DNA of 64,000 nucleotides. Source: Phycisphaerales bacterium. GTDB lineage: Bacteria; Planctomycetota; Phycisphaerae; Phycisphaerales; SM1A02. Shown here in pieces: positions 1-10,935 of the stretch (positions within the stretch are counted from its first letter, which is position 1; the number at the start of each line of letters is the position of its first letter). The position numbers and the translations under genes are program-made. The notes beneath the pieces are model-generated. The model made no database searches. It saw only the letters and a program-made list of their open reading frames with translations, and was not told the origin of the DNA. The stretch is taken from NCBI GenBank assembly GCA_022446885.1, contig JAKVBU010000007.1, forward strand, positions 20,081-84,080, written 5' to 3'.

Positions 1-21
1 CCTGATTACCGCGTCATTTCG

Positions 22-681
22 ATGGGAACGCTCGCCGCAAACTCGCTGTGGAACGAGTCCGCCCCGGTTCGCACGGGCCATTGCACGACCACGCTGATCG
101 AGGCTGACGATGCATTGATCATCGTGGATCCCTCACTGCCAGCGCAGGTGCTTGCCGTGCGGTTACATGAACTCTCAGGCAAACTGCCCACGGATGTCAC
201 CCATGTGTTCTGCACCGGGTTCTCCGATGAACACACCGGCGGCATGGACGCCTTCCCCTCCGCCACTTGGCTGTGCTCAGAGACGGAGTTGGAGCAGGCC
301 AGAGAGGCCATTGGCGACGATCTCCACGCAGCGCGAACCGCTCAGGCCACAGATGCTGTTGCGTCTCTTGAGCGTCTCGAGTTGCTGCTGGGGCGAATGC
401 ACAGCTGCCCAGACTCTTTGGTTGATGGCGTGGATCTGTTCCCCCTGCCGGGCGTCCGTCCCGGCACGGCCGGCCTGCTGTTGGTGCAACCCACCAGCAC
501 CGTGCTGATCAGCGGCGATGCCATTGCCAGCAGTGATCATCTATCCAAGGGGCAGGTGCTGCCGGGGTGCTTCAATCGAGAGCAGGCGATGGAGTCTTTC
601 AAAGAGGCCATCGAGATTGCGGACGTCATCGTGCCCGGCCGCGGCAATGTGGTGTTGAACCCACTTCGCATGCGGCCTTGA
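22..681 (+). CDS. MBL-fold metallo-hydrolase family protein
   Basis: 219-aa ORF with a beta-lactamase-fold layout: ALIIVDPS strand, degenerate metal motif HVFCTGFSDEHTGG, later ISGDAI and VPGRG. Called from motif memory only. Confidence 0.55.
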   Translation: MGTLAANSLWNESAPVRTGHCTTTLIEADDALIIVDPSLPAQVLAVRLHELSGKLPTDVTHVFCTGFSDEHTGGMDAFPSATWLCSETELEQAREAIGDDLHAARTAQATDAVASLERLELLLGRMHSCPDSLVDGVDLFPLPGVRPGTAGLLLVQPTSTVLISGDAIASSDHLSKGQVLPGCFNREQAMESFKEAIEIADVIVPGRGNVVLNPLRMRP

Positions 682-697
682 GGCACCGTTGAAGCAA

Positions 698-731
698 GAC
701 CGCCGATGAAGCGTCATCTTCACCGGCGGTC
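698..731 (+). terminator. GC-rich hairpin downstream of the MBL-fold gene
   Basis: GACCGCCG...CGGCGGTC outer stem with an inner TGAAG/CTTCA extension, 17 nt after the stop at 681. No clear T-tract follows. Confidence 0.35.
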
Positions 732-916
732 GAGTTCGCGAGGGGTGTTCGGGTCGAGGAGGCACTTCGCCCGCCCCCTGCACTGAGGGAGTACGCCGTT
801 GAACGGCACAGCACCATGCGATTGGTTTGCTCCTCATCCAAACGAATCCGCCCAAAATCTGGTGGAACGCCCACAGGGAATGTCCTAGACGCGATTCGGG
901 ATACAGTGCGGGCGTG

Positions 917-1444
917 ATGGCTACCTCAGACACAGCCCACATCGCGCTCTACGCCGGCTCGTTTGATCCGCCCACCCTTGGCCATCTGGACGTGATCAAT
1001 CGAGCACGACGCCTTTTCGATCACATCGTTGTGGGAATCGGTGACAACCCCGACAAGCGTCACATGCTCGACTCTGAAGCCCGTTGTTCTCTCATGCGGC
1101 GCGAAGTGGAATCGCTGCTTCAGCGTGATGCCAAGGGCGCTCAGGTGCAGGTCGAGGTGTATGAGGGACTGACCGTTGATTTCGCCCGCAGCATCGGCGC
1201 AGCGGCGCTGTTACGGGGCATCCGCAACGTGACAGATCTGGCGGCAGAGTGCCAACTCGCCATCGCCAACAGGCAGGTTGCCGACATCGAGAGCGTGTTC
1301 GTCATCACCGACGAGCGATTCGGCTTCACGTCCAGCAGCCTCATCCGCCAGATCGTTGAGTTGGGCGGCGATGTGGAAAAGCTGACGGGCATTGTGCCCC
1401 CGAGCGTGTTGGACCATCTCCGCTCAAGTCAATCCATAGCCTGA
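917..1444 (+). CDS. coaD: phosphopantetheine adenylyltransferase
   Basis: YAGSFDPPTLGHLDVI (nucleotidyltransferase HxGH-type motif), LLRGIRNVTDL, SSSLIRQI. Start placed at the ATG at 917 (MATSDTAHIALY), not the longer ORF start at 827. Confidence 0.9.
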   Translation: MATSDTAHIALYAGSFDPPTLGHLDVINRARRLFDHIVVGIGDNPDKRHMLDSEARCSLMRREVESLLQRDAKGAQVQVEVYEGLTVDFARSIGAAALLRGIRNVTDLAAECQLAIANRQVADIESVFVITDERFGFTSSSLIRQIVELGGDVEKLTGIVPPSVLDHLRSSQSIA

Positions 1445-1872
1445 ATTGCACGGTTCCAGTTCAGGCCAGCCCTCCAAGGGCAATCTGAGCGTGAAGGTGC
1501 TCGTGCCGGGTGTGTGCGTGAGATCGCCACCACAATCTCGGGCAAGTTCACGTGACAAGGCGAGGCCCAATCCGACGCCGGCACGGGAATGAGCAGCACG
1601 CCCTCAGCTGGACGCGATCCAGTGTTTGCGACGGTGAAGACCATCTCGGTGGTGGCGGCGCGGCCGCGCACGGCCACATCCACGTCAATCGCTTTGAGTT
1701 CGATGCCACCGGGGTGGTTCGGTGGCAAGACGGGACGACGCTGCGGCGTGATCCAGACCGGCTCAATGGCTGGGGCTGGCGGCTGCGAAGGCACGATGGT
1801 CTGGGCTGGAGCAGTGCACACACAGGTGGCCGCTGTCAGACATGCAAGAAGACTGCATTGAGTTTGCCGCAT
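1429..1872 (-). CDS. small secreted protein, VIT-domain-like N-terminal fragment (possibly a gene remnant)
   Basis: Signal-peptide-like N-terminus MRQTQCSLLACLTAATCVCTAPAQT. The segment IELKAIDVDVAVRGRAATTEMVFTVANTGSRPAEGVLLIPVP resembles the start of VIT domains. The ORF ends after ~147 aa and overlaps the coaD 3' end. Confidence 0.35.
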   Translation of the reverse strand: MRQTQCSLLACLTAATCVCTAPAQTIVPSQPPAPAIEPVWITPQRRPVLPPNHPGGIELKAIDVDVAVRGRAATTEMVFTVANTGSRPAEGVLLIPVPASDWASPCHVNLPEIVVAISRTHPARAPSRSDCPWRAGLNWNRAIQAMD

Positions 1873-2129
1873 CAGTGGTTCTCCAAGAGCCGCAGCGCAT
1901 CTGCGCTGCTGGCTCCATCAGAACCTACGTATCAGTGGGGCGATTATTGGTAACAGCCGTGTAACACTTGCCTCGACCCTGCCTGAAGCCCTCCTGCAGG
2001 GCGTGGGCGATTGATCCTGCTGACCAGTTTGCGTCCAACCGATGGTGTTCACGGAGTCATCGAGACTGCAGATTGAAGCAGTTTGTGCCCTGAATCTGGA
2101 TCAGACTCGCCCCAGCATGTGCCAGGGGC

Positions 2130-2633
2130 TCAGACGGTTTCGGGCACGAGCCCGGAGGCGGCGAGGATCGCCCTGAAGTTCTCCCCGAAGACGAAGTTCT
2201 CCTCGGGGAAGTCAAGCCCGGACATGTTCTGATCGACGTGGCTGAAGATCAGATCAACTTGACCGATAGCGTGCCAGCGATCGTCATCGGGCTCGTTGGT
2301 GCGCAACTCGACCGCAGCAGTTGTCGCCGCGCCGGCCTCGTCAATTCGATCGAGCGATGCGGTGTATCGAAGCGTTTGCCCTGGCAAAGCGTCTCGCTCA
2401 ATCATCGCCTTGGTGATCTTGGCGAGGATCACTTTCTCACGGAACTGGTTGACCGCCCCCACCATGATGCCGCTGGTCTGCGCCACGCCTTCGATGAGCA
2501 GCGCCCCAGGCATGACGGGCGTTCCCGGAAAGTGGTCGTGGATGTGTTCCTCGGCCAGCGAGACGTTTTTGACCGCCACCAATCGAGCGCCGGGCTCGTG
2601 TTCAACGATCCGGTCAATCCACATCCAGCGCAT
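2130..2633 (-). CDS. FabA/FabZ-like beta-hydroxyacyl-ACP dehydratase (hotdog fold)
   Basis: HDHFPGTPVMPGALLIEGVAQTSG matches the FabZ active-site region (HFPgxPvmPGvL.iEa.aQ). A GGGAG Shine-Dalgarno lies upstream of the ATG. Confidence 0.75.
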   Translation of the reverse strand: MRWMWIDRIVEHEPGARLVAVKNVSLAEEHIHDHFPGTPVMPGALLIEGVAQTSGIMVGAVNQFREKVILAKITKAMIERDALPGQTLRYTASLDRIDEAGAATTAAVELRTNEPDDDRWHAIGQVDLIFSHVDQNMSGLDFPEENFVFGENFRAILAASGLVPETV

Positions 2634-2669
2634 AGGGGGTGCTCCCTGATTGCAGTGGGCTGTTTGCCC

Positions 2670-3083
2670 TCAGGCGGCCGCTGCCTGCAATTTGCGATCG
2701 ACGAAATCGACCAGCGAGCCCACGGTGATCAGATCACCAACCTTGCTCAGCGTGCCGTCGAACCCGTCGAAGTTCACGTGCGGCATGCGCTCTTTGAGCA
2801 TGGCGAGGCCCGCATCTGTGATCGTGCCGTCCTGAACCCACTCGGGGTTGTCCATCAGGCCCTCGGGGAAGAGCTCGCCCTGATCAATCTTGAAGGGCGC
2901 ACCGTCTGTGGAGAAGGTCTTCTCCAACTGGAAGACGATGTCCAGAAAGTCGATCGACTCCGCACCCAGATCAGCCGTCAGGCTGGCGCTCGGCACGATC
3001 TCGTCTTCATCACACCCCAGTGCTTCTTCCAACACTTCGGCGATCTTGGCCTGGATTTCGTCGTGCGTCATTTCGGTGCTCAC
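2670..3083 (-). CDS. acyl carrier protein-like protein with a long C-terminal extension
   Basis: LTADLGAESIDFLDIVFQLEKTF is an ACP-type phosphopantetheine-Ser helix II motif. The protein is 137 aa versus ~80 aa for a typical ACP. It overlaps the upstream hotdog gene by 4 nt. Confidence 0.7.
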   Translation of the reverse strand: MSTEMTHDEIQAKIAEVLEEALGCDEDEIVPSASLTADLGAESIDFLDIVFQLEKTFSTDGAPFKIDQGELFPEGLMDNPEWVQDGTITDAGLAMLKERMPHVNFDGFDGTLSKVGDLITVGSLVDFVDRKLQAAAA

Positions 3084-3508
3084 TCCTGGCCCCGGGCCGA
3101 TGCCTGGGTGCTGATTGGCCGCATTGTAAACCGGCCGGACACGGCAGTCTCGCCATCAAGCGAACCACCTCGAACTGTTCCCGTGCCCTTGCACGAATAC
3201 ACCCCGGACTCATCCGGGCCCTTGACCACCGACACCTGACACTCCAGTGCCTCGCCGGGCTTGACCATGGCCCCATATTTGAGCGCCTTGACCGACCCCA
3301 GTACCAACTTCGCTTCAGAGGACATCTGGAGCAATCTTCGAGCTGCCTGCGTCAGCGACTCGAGCATGAGCACCCCCGGAAGGATGGGATATCCGGGGAA
3401 GTGGTCGGCCAGATACTCCTCCGCTGCCGTCACCTGCTTGAGGGTCCGGATGCGGTCGGAGGCCTGCTCCAGCACGCTATCTACGAAGTCGTATCGCAAG
3501 GGCGGCAT
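3080..3508 (-). CDS. FabA/FabZ-like dehydratase (hotdog fold), second copy
   Basis: ADHFPGYPILPGVLMLESLTQAA motif. Start set at the ATG at 3508 (MPPLRYDF). The longer ORF running to 4012 would overlap atpD and looks non-coding. Confidence 0.75.
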   Translation of the reverse strand: MPPLRYDFVDSVLEQASDRIRTLKQVTAAEEYLADHFPGYPILPGVLMLESLTQAARRLLQMSSEAKLVLGSVKALKYGAMVKPGEALECQVSVVKGPDESGVYSCKGTGTVRGGSLDGETAVSGRFTMRPISTQASARGQE

Positions 3509-3619
3509 GGTACCCGCAAACCCCCTCCAAAGCCCCGATCTGGACCCCTTCGCCCCTTGGCTGGAGAGGGGAAAAACGCTATGCTGCCCGGCCTTCTCGG
3601 GCCATCGAGGCCCGGCTGA

Positions 3620-5110
<1,491 letters not shown>

Positions 5111-5141
5111 GCTAGCTCAACCAGTTTGACTTGAACTGAAC

Positions 5142-5170
5142 AACGCCCGTGGCCTCAGGCCGCGGGCGTT
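5142..5170 (+). terminator. rho-independent terminator after atpD
   Basis: AACGCCCGTGGCC-TCA-GGCCGCGGGCGTT hairpin (one G-U pair) followed by GTCTTTATGTT. Confidence 0.6.
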
Positions 5171-5232
5171 GTCTTTATGTTGCTGGTGCGCTGGGCACAA
5201 GGCCGCCGTCTTGGCACAGGCCTGTCTGCCAT

Positions 5233-5790
5233 TCAGGCCGGCCTGCGTCGTCGCCGAACCATCGCCGTCAAAGACAGCAAGGCAACAGCCCCAGGCGCCG
5301 GAATCGTTGTCTCGTTGATCGGCCAGCCCAGATACAGCTGGTCTACGCCGACATAGTCAGCAAAGCCGCCCTCCCAAGTGGCCAAGCCGTAACTGAACCC
5401 TTCGAAGTTTCCATCTGAGTCCCATGACTCAAGCCACTCCATACTCATGGAATTCTGGCCACCGCCCAACAACTCAAACGACTCCCCTAAGTCGAAGCCT
5501 AGATCACCCCAGCCCTCATCCTCGGACAGCCAACTGGTCACCTCTCCAGCGAAGTGGTCACCAGTGCCCCATGAAGTCAGAATGAGCACGTCGGCAAATC
5601 GAGTCGTCGTGCCCTCGGGCAGATGCCCCATCAGGTCGACGCCCTCGATGGTCATCCAGACATCCGCAACGCGATTTTCTTCCGTCCATTCCATGTCCGT
5701 ATACAACGAGAATTCGACCAACACATCTGCGCCGGCCATTGCACATGGAATCGCTGCAGACACGACAACCGCTGCCAATCTCTCTTTCAT
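5233..5790 (-). CDS. PEP-CTERM-anchored secreted protein
   Basis: N-terminal signal peptide (MKERLAAVVVSAAIPCAMA). The C-terminal IPAPGAVALLSLTAMVRRRRRPA has the PEP-CTERM pattern of P-x-P motif, hydrophobic helix and Arg cluster. Confidence 0.75.
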   Translation of the reverse strand: MKERLAAVVVSAAIPCAMAGADVLVEFSLYTDMEWTEENRVADVWMTIEGVDLMGHLPEGTTTRFADVLILTSWGTGDHFAGEVTSWLSEDEGWGDLGFDLGESFELLGGGQNSMSMEWLESWDSDGNFEGFSYGLATWEGGFADYVGVDQLYLGWPINETTIPAPGAVALLSLTAMVRRRRRPA

Positions 5791-5989
5791 GTTCCACTCC
5801 TCTTCCAGGGCAGACTCAGCCCGCCCCTGAGAACTTAGCCCTGATGGGATCGAACTGGGCCCGGAACTGGCCGGAACCGGAACAAAATCGGCCCTGAATG
5901 CTGTGTCGGAAGCGGGTTGTCCACCGTTTCCCCACAGTGAGATACGAGGCTGTGAGGACGCCGTGGCCGTGGGTCGCTACCCTCGCGGA

Positions 5990-6925
5990 ATGACCACTGA
6001 ACGACCCGCCGTGATTCTGTCCGCAGCCGCCCTTCTCACCATCGTCGCTGGGTGTGAGCAGGCCAAGCCCAAGCCTGAGCCAGCGCCTCAAACCGCCGAG
6101 GCACCTGCCAAGCCCAAGCCGACCCCGCCAGCCAAATTGCCTGGGCTGGCACAGGCTGGCGCGGCGACCGAGATGGCGCCGGGCGTATTCGTGTGGGACC
6201 TCAACGTCGGCTCGGGCGAAACCGTCGGCCCGGACACCCGCACAGTGCGTGTTTCAATTGAAGGCTGGACGCAAGATGGCACGCAGTACTTCGGTTCCAG
6301 CGCCGGCCCAGATGAACTGGTCTTGCCCGCTGGCGGCGCCGCCGCCTTCCCAGGTTGGTCTGAAGCGATTGATGGCCTTCGTGTGGGCGGGACCCGAAAA
6401 GTGTGGGCGGCGGGACCCGAAGACTCGACGCAGTGGCCCGTAGAAAACAACAGCCCCATCGTGCTCGATGTGTCACTGCACGCCATCGACACCAATGCCC
6501 AACTTGCCAACCCGTTGCCGGGCGCTCTGGTTGGCGACGCTGCCCCGCAAGGCGGCGCTGATGGCCTGCGCTTCTACGAACTGCACGCCGGTGAAGGTAC
6601 CGGCGCCGTTGCTGGCGACGAATTGGCCGTTACTTACGAAGCATGGCTGGGAGATGGAACGCCAATGGCCTCTGCAACGCAGGAGCCCGTTCGCATCACA
6701 TTGGACGATCACATTGCGCCAGGCGCCCTGGCTGGCCTTGAAGGCGCCACCAAGGGCAGCACACGCAAACTCATCATTCCTGCCGCCATCGGAATTGGAT
6801 TCGACCCCCTTGGCACACTGCCTCCGGGGAGCACAGTGGTGATGGACGTCACCGTCGTCGAAGTTCACTCGGCTTCTGCGCCTACGACCACGGACCCGAC
6901 CACAACCAGCGCTCAGGTGCCCTGA
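5990..6925 (+). CDS. lipoprotein with two FKBP-type peptidyl-prolyl isomerase-like domains
   Basis: Lipobox LLTIVAGC after the ATG at 5990. Two FKBP-like blocks: VRVSIEGWTQDGTQYFGS...GWSEAIDGLRVGGTRKV and LAVTYEAWLGDGTPM...ALAGLEGATKGSTRKLIIPAAIGIG. Confidence 0.7.
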   Translation: MTTERPAVILSAAALLTIVAGCEQAKPKPEPAPQTAEAPAKPKPTPPAKLPGLAQAGAATEMAPGVFVWDLNVGSGETVGPDTRTVRVSIEGWTQDGTQYFGSSAGPDELVLPAGGAAAFPGWSEAIDGLRVGGTRKVWAAGPEDSTQWPVENNSPIVLDVSLHAIDTNAQLANPLPGALVGDAAPQGGADGLRFYELHAGEGTGAVAGDELAVTYEAWLGDGTPMASATQEPVRITLDDHIAPGALAGLEGATKGSTRKLIIPAAIGIGFDPLGTLPPGSTVVMDVTVVEVHSASAPTTTDPTTTSAQVP

Positions 6926-7011
6926 ACCGTCTGAACATGTATAGCTGGCCCGTCGCCATCGTCGCTTGATCGCGATCGCAGATGGCCACCGGAGCCACCG
7001 GAGATTGTGCC

Positions 7012-9039
7012 ATGCGCCCAGCCCTCGCCATCTTGATGATCGCCCTGCTTGCCAGAACATCGCTGGCGGCCCCCGAAGTTCCCGCCTCCCCTGAGGCCAT
7101 TGACGCCATCATGCGCGATGCCATCGAGCGGGCGGATGCGTCTTTGGCCGCGATCGTCGCCGTGCCCGCCGCCGAACGAACATTCGACAACACGGTGGGC
7201 GCACTCGATCGCACACTGGGCCAGTTCGACGCTGAAACAAGCATGGCCCAGTTCATGGCCTATGCCCACCCGGATCCGGCCATGCGAGCCGCTGGGCGTG
7301 AGGCGGAACAGGCGTGGAACAGCTGGATGGTGGATCTGGGCAAGAACGAGGCGATCTATCACAAGCTCAACCTGCTCAATGCCATGTTGCCTCCGGGAAT
7401 GACCCCGGAACAGACGAGGCTGCTCAGGCACATGCTGCGCGATTACCAGCGGGCGGGCATGTCTCTTGATCCAGTCGACCGCGCTGCGCTCGCTGAGTTG
7501 GAGCGAGAGATCAACGACACCACCCAGGCCTTCGACACCGCCATCAATGATGACGACACGATCGTCTCCGTCACGCGCGAAGAGCTCGAAGGCATGCCCG
7601 AAGACTGGATCGCCTCCCGAACCCAGTCAGATGGCCTCTACCTGCTGGGCATGGACTACCCCACCATTGTGCCCATTCTTGACCTGAGCCCCAATGCCGC
7701 CTTGCGACAGAAGATCTGGATGGCTCGCAAGCGCCGCGGCGGCAAGGCGAATGTGGGCACCCTCGAACAACTGCTGCAACTACGGGCCCAACAGGCTGAT
7801 CTTCTGGGCTACGACCATGCGGCGGACTTCGAAAACGAGGTTCGCATGAGCGGTGACGCCGCCCGGGTGCAGGCCTTCTACGACACCCTCCGGCCGATGC
7901 TGCGAAAGAAGGCGATTCAGGACCACGCCCTGCTCACCGAGGCCAAGAGAGCAGACACCGGAGATCCCACGGCAGTGCTCAAGCCCTGGGACTTCAGTTA
8001 CTACCTGGAGCAGGTCAAGAAGCGAGACTTCGACGTCGATGGGCAACTCGTGCGGGAGTACTTCCCCATGACGAAGGTGCGAGACGGCCTCTTCGAAATC
8101 GTCCAACGCCTGTATGGCGTCACCATGGTGCCCAAGAGCGGCGTCGTGGGCGAGGACATCTGGCATGAAGACGTGGAGTGGTTTGATGTCGTCGATGGCG
8201 ACGGCGAGGTGCTCGGCGAGTTCTTCATGGACCTGTACCCACGAGAGGGCAAGTACGGCCACGCAGCCCAATGGGGCCTCGTACCGCGCGTGCGTTTGGA
8301 GGATGGCAGCATCCAGAAGCCTGTTGCTGCGTTGGTGTGCAATTTTCCGCCGCCCACCGATGACATGCCCTCTCTGCTCACGCATGATCAGACCGAGACC
8401 TTCTTTCACGAGTTCGGGCACGGCCTGCACACGCTGCTGGCGCAGGGCGAAATCGCTCGTTTCTCCGGAACCGGCGTGGAGCGAGACTTCGTTGAGGCGC
8501 CCAGCCAGATGTTTGAAGCTTGGGTGTGGTCTCCAGAGACCCTCCCGCTACTCAGCGGCCACTGGGAAACCGGCGAGCCTCTTCCGGAAGACCTGCTGCA
8601 GCGCATGGTTAATGCCAAGACGCTCTGTTCGGGCATGCTCAATGAAACCCAGGTGCACTATGGCTTGACCGATCTCACCTTCCACCTCGACCCGGAAGGT
8701 GATCTTGACACCACCGAAGTTGGCAAGGCGTTGCTGGGTGAGACCACCATGTTCGAACCGGTCGATGAGACATGGTTCCAAGGCTCGTTCGGCCACCTCA
8801 CCGGCTATCAGGCCGGCTACTACGGCTATCTGTGGTCGCGTGTCTTCGCGGAAGACATGGCCGAGCACTTTGCCCAGCTGGGCATGCTGAATCCCGAGGC
8901 CGGGGCCCACTACCGCGCAACTGTTCTGGGCCAAGGCGGAACCAAGAGCGCCGATGACATGCTCCGCGACTATCTGGGCCGCGAACCAAGGATGGACCCG
9001 TTCATTCGCAGCCTCGGGCTGGAGAATTCCTCCAACTGA
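7012..9039 (+). CDS. M3 family zinc metallopeptidase (oligopeptidase/Dcp-like), secreted
   Basis: HEFGHGLH zinc motif with downstream FVEAPSQMFE. Signal peptide MRPALAILMIALLARTSLAAP from the ATG at 7012. Confidence 0.85.
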   Translation: MRPALAILMIALLARTSLAAPEVPASPEAIDAIMRDAIERADASLAAIVAVPAAERTFDNTVGALDRTLGQFDAETSMAQFMAYAHPDPAMRAAGREAEQAWNSWMVDLGKNEAIYHKLNLLNAMLPPGMTPEQTRLLRHMLRDYQRAGMSLDPVDRAALAELEREINDTTQAFDTAINDDDTIVSVTREELEGMPEDWIASRTQSDGLYLLGMDYPTIVPILDLSPNAALRQKIWMARKRRGGKANVGTLEQLLQLRAQQADLLGYDHAADFENEVRMSGDAARVQAFYDTLRPMLRKKAIQDHALLTEAKRADTGDPTAVLKPWDFSYYLEQVKKRDFDVDGQLVREYFPMTKVRDGLFEIVQRLYGVTMVPKSGVVGEDIWHEDVEWFDVVDGDGEVLGEFFMDLYPREGKYGHAAQWGLVPRVRLEDGSIQKPVAALVCNFPPPTDDMPSLLTHDQTETFFHEFGHGLHTLLAQGEIARFSGTGVERDFVEAPSQMFEAWVWSPETLPLLSGHWETGEPLPEDLLQRMVNAKTLCSGMLNETQVHYGLTDLTFHLDPEGDLDTTEVGKALLGETTMFEPVDETWFQGSFGHLTGYQAGYYGYLWSRVFAEDMAEHFAQLGMLNPEAGAHYRATVLGQGGTKSADDMLRDYLGREPRMDPFIRSLGLENSSN

Positions 9040-9051
9040 GCCCCCGAGGCC

Positions 9052-10242
9052 TCAGATCCACTTCTTGTATCGAAAGAAGCTGAGCATGCCGCCGGCGAGC
9101 AGCACGCATGCCACGACGAAGTACCAGAAAGCGTCGTGATCATCCTGCCCCGGCAGTGATCCGGTGAAGTTCATCCCGAACACACCGGTGAGAAAACTGA
9201 GCGGGATGAAGATCGTGGCGATGATGGTGAGCACCTTCATCACATCGTTCATCCTGCGGTTGATCGCGTTGCCGTAGACATCGAGCATGCCGACGGTGGC
9301 TTCTCGGTACAGCTCGACCGTGTCCGCCAGATGCCTGCAGTGGTCCTGCACATCGCGCAGGTACGCCCGCGTACCAGATGAGATCACCGGGTGATCACTG
9401 CTGCGAATCGATTGCATCAGGTCGCGCATCGGCCAAAGTTCTCGCCGCATGATGAGCAGTGCTCGCTTGATGTCGTGCACCTCTCGGGCCGCGGGTTCAT
9501 CGATCGACTCGGTGAGGATTGCGTCCAGATGATCCAACCGCTCTCCAATGTCCTGCATGACTGGAAAGACCTCGTCCACAATCCGATCGAGCAGGCAGTA
9601 GAAGAGAAAGTCTGGGCCGCTGCGTCTCAGCCTTGAGCCTGCGTCTTCAAGGCGCGTACGAGTGGCATCCCAGAGCGGCTTGTCGAACTCCTGAAATGAG
9701 ATCAGTTGCCGATCCCCTACGAACATGCTCACCTGCTGCGATCGCAGTTGGCCCTCGTGCTCGTCCATGGCCCGAGTTGTCACGAAGAGATACGAGTGCT
9801 CGGAAAACTCGTTGTACTCATCGAGCTTCGGTCGCTGTGGAATCTGAATCAGGTCTTCGACCGCCAGCGGGTGAAGGTGGTATCGACCGGCAATTGCCTC
9901 GAGCAGATCCGGTGTAGGCGGCCCAATGACGTTGATCCAACGCACCTGACTGAATTCGGGGCGATCCTGCAGAAAGAACGCTTCAACATCATGCACCGGG
10001 GTCTGGCGCAGCCCCTCTGGCCCGTAGTCAATGCACATGACCTCCGCCGCCGATGCGGCCGCGTCAAGATGCTGCTCTGACACATCCGCGGGATCTTCCG
10101 GGTACCCCTCGGTGCCTTCATACGACTCAAGCCGGCCGCCCAGATCCATCGTCTCGACGTCCACGGCGTCGCTGGGCTCGGCTCGGCCCTCGACAGCGTC
10201 AAGTGGCGCATCGGTCTCATGCTTGTGCTCGTGGAGCGTCAT
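9052..10242 (-). CDS. corA: CorA-family magnesium/cobalt transporter
   Basis: C-terminal two TM helices with the GVFGMNF (GMN) signature. Start is uncertain. I chose the ATG at 10242 because the longer ORF overlaps the divergent gene starting at 10277. Confidence 0.85.
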   Translation of the reverse strand: MTLHEHKHETDAPLDAVEGRAEPSDAVDVETMDLGGRLESYEGTEGYPEDPADVSEQHLDAAASAAEVMCIDYGPEGLRQTPVHDVEAFFLQDRPEFSQVRWINVIGPPTPDLLEAIAGRYHLHPLAVEDLIQIPQRPKLDEYNEFSEHSYLFVTTRAMDEHEGQLRSQQVSMFVGDRQLISFQEFDKPLWDATRTRLEDAGSRLRRSGPDFLFYCLLDRIVDEVFPVMQDIGERLDHLDAILTESIDEPAAREVHDIKRALLIMRRELWPMRDLMQSIRSSDHPVISSGTRAYLRDVQDHCRHLADTVELYREATVGMLDVYGNAINRRMNDVMKVLTIIATIFIPLSFLTGVFGMNFTGSLPGQDDHDAFWYFVVACVLLAGGMLSFFRYKKWI

Positions 10243-10276
10243 GTGATCGCAGGCCAGCGTACCATTCTCTCTGCGC

Positions 10277-10906
10277 ATGACCCGACGACGCCTGATCCTC
10301 GTGCTGATCATCGCAGTGGCCGCGCTGCTCGCTGCCGGTTGGTTCACGGCGGGCATGACACCCTCGTGGTACGCCCCGCCCGCTGCAACAAACAAGCAGA
10401 TCGAGCAAGCATCAGAGCGTTTGGAGTTTCGCCTGCAGGAGGCGCTCCACAAGATCAGGCCTGATGGCGCCTCGTGGGTGCTGCGGCTGAGCGACGATGT
10501 GATCAACCAGTGGCTTGCCACTCGACTGCAGTCGTGGCTTCGTGGTCAGAAGATCGAGTGGCCTGACGGCATTGGCGTGCCGCAGGTGCGTTGCCGAAGC
10601 GGCGTCATCGAGGTCGCCGCCCCTCTGAGCGATCTGGGCGATCGGGTTGGCCGAGTCGATCTGCGGCCGGTGATTGAGGGTGACACGGTGCGGCTGCAAC
10701 CGGGGCTATGCGGCGTGGGCCGGCTACCTCTACCGATTCCCACCTCCCTGATGGTGAGTGAACTCGCTGACCTGCCGCTGGTTGGATCGCCAACCTCGGC
10801 CCTGCTCGAACTGATTGACAGACGGCATGTCCGAATCGTGTCCATTCGGCCCTCAGCGGGAGGACTGGACGTGGATCTTGTCACCCTCGCCGCTCCTGTA
10901 CCATGA
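10277..10906 (+). CDS. hypothetical N-terminally membrane-anchored protein, directly upstream of tagJ
   Basis: MTRRRLILVLIIAVAALLAAGWF is a single TM/signal anchor. No recognisable domain. The stop is 29 nt before tagJ on the same strand. Confidence 0.5.
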   Translation: MTRRRLILVLIIAVAALLAAGWFTAGMTPSWYAPPAATNKQIEQASERLEFRLQEALHKIRPDGASWVLRLSDDVINQWLATRLQSWLRGQKIEWPDGIGVPQVRCRSGVIEVAAPLSDLGDRVGRVDLRPVIEGDTVRLQPGLCGVGRLPLPIPTSLMVSELADLPLVGSPTSALLELIDRRHVRIVSIRPSAGGLDVDLVTLAAPVP

Positions 10907-10935
10907 TCTGAACACTCAGGGAATGGGAGGGATGT

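Noticed and set aside
10243-10521. Longer N-terminal extension of corA
   Set aside because: The extension overlaps the divergent gene starting at 10277 and has a non-coding-like composition. CorA homology begins well downstream.
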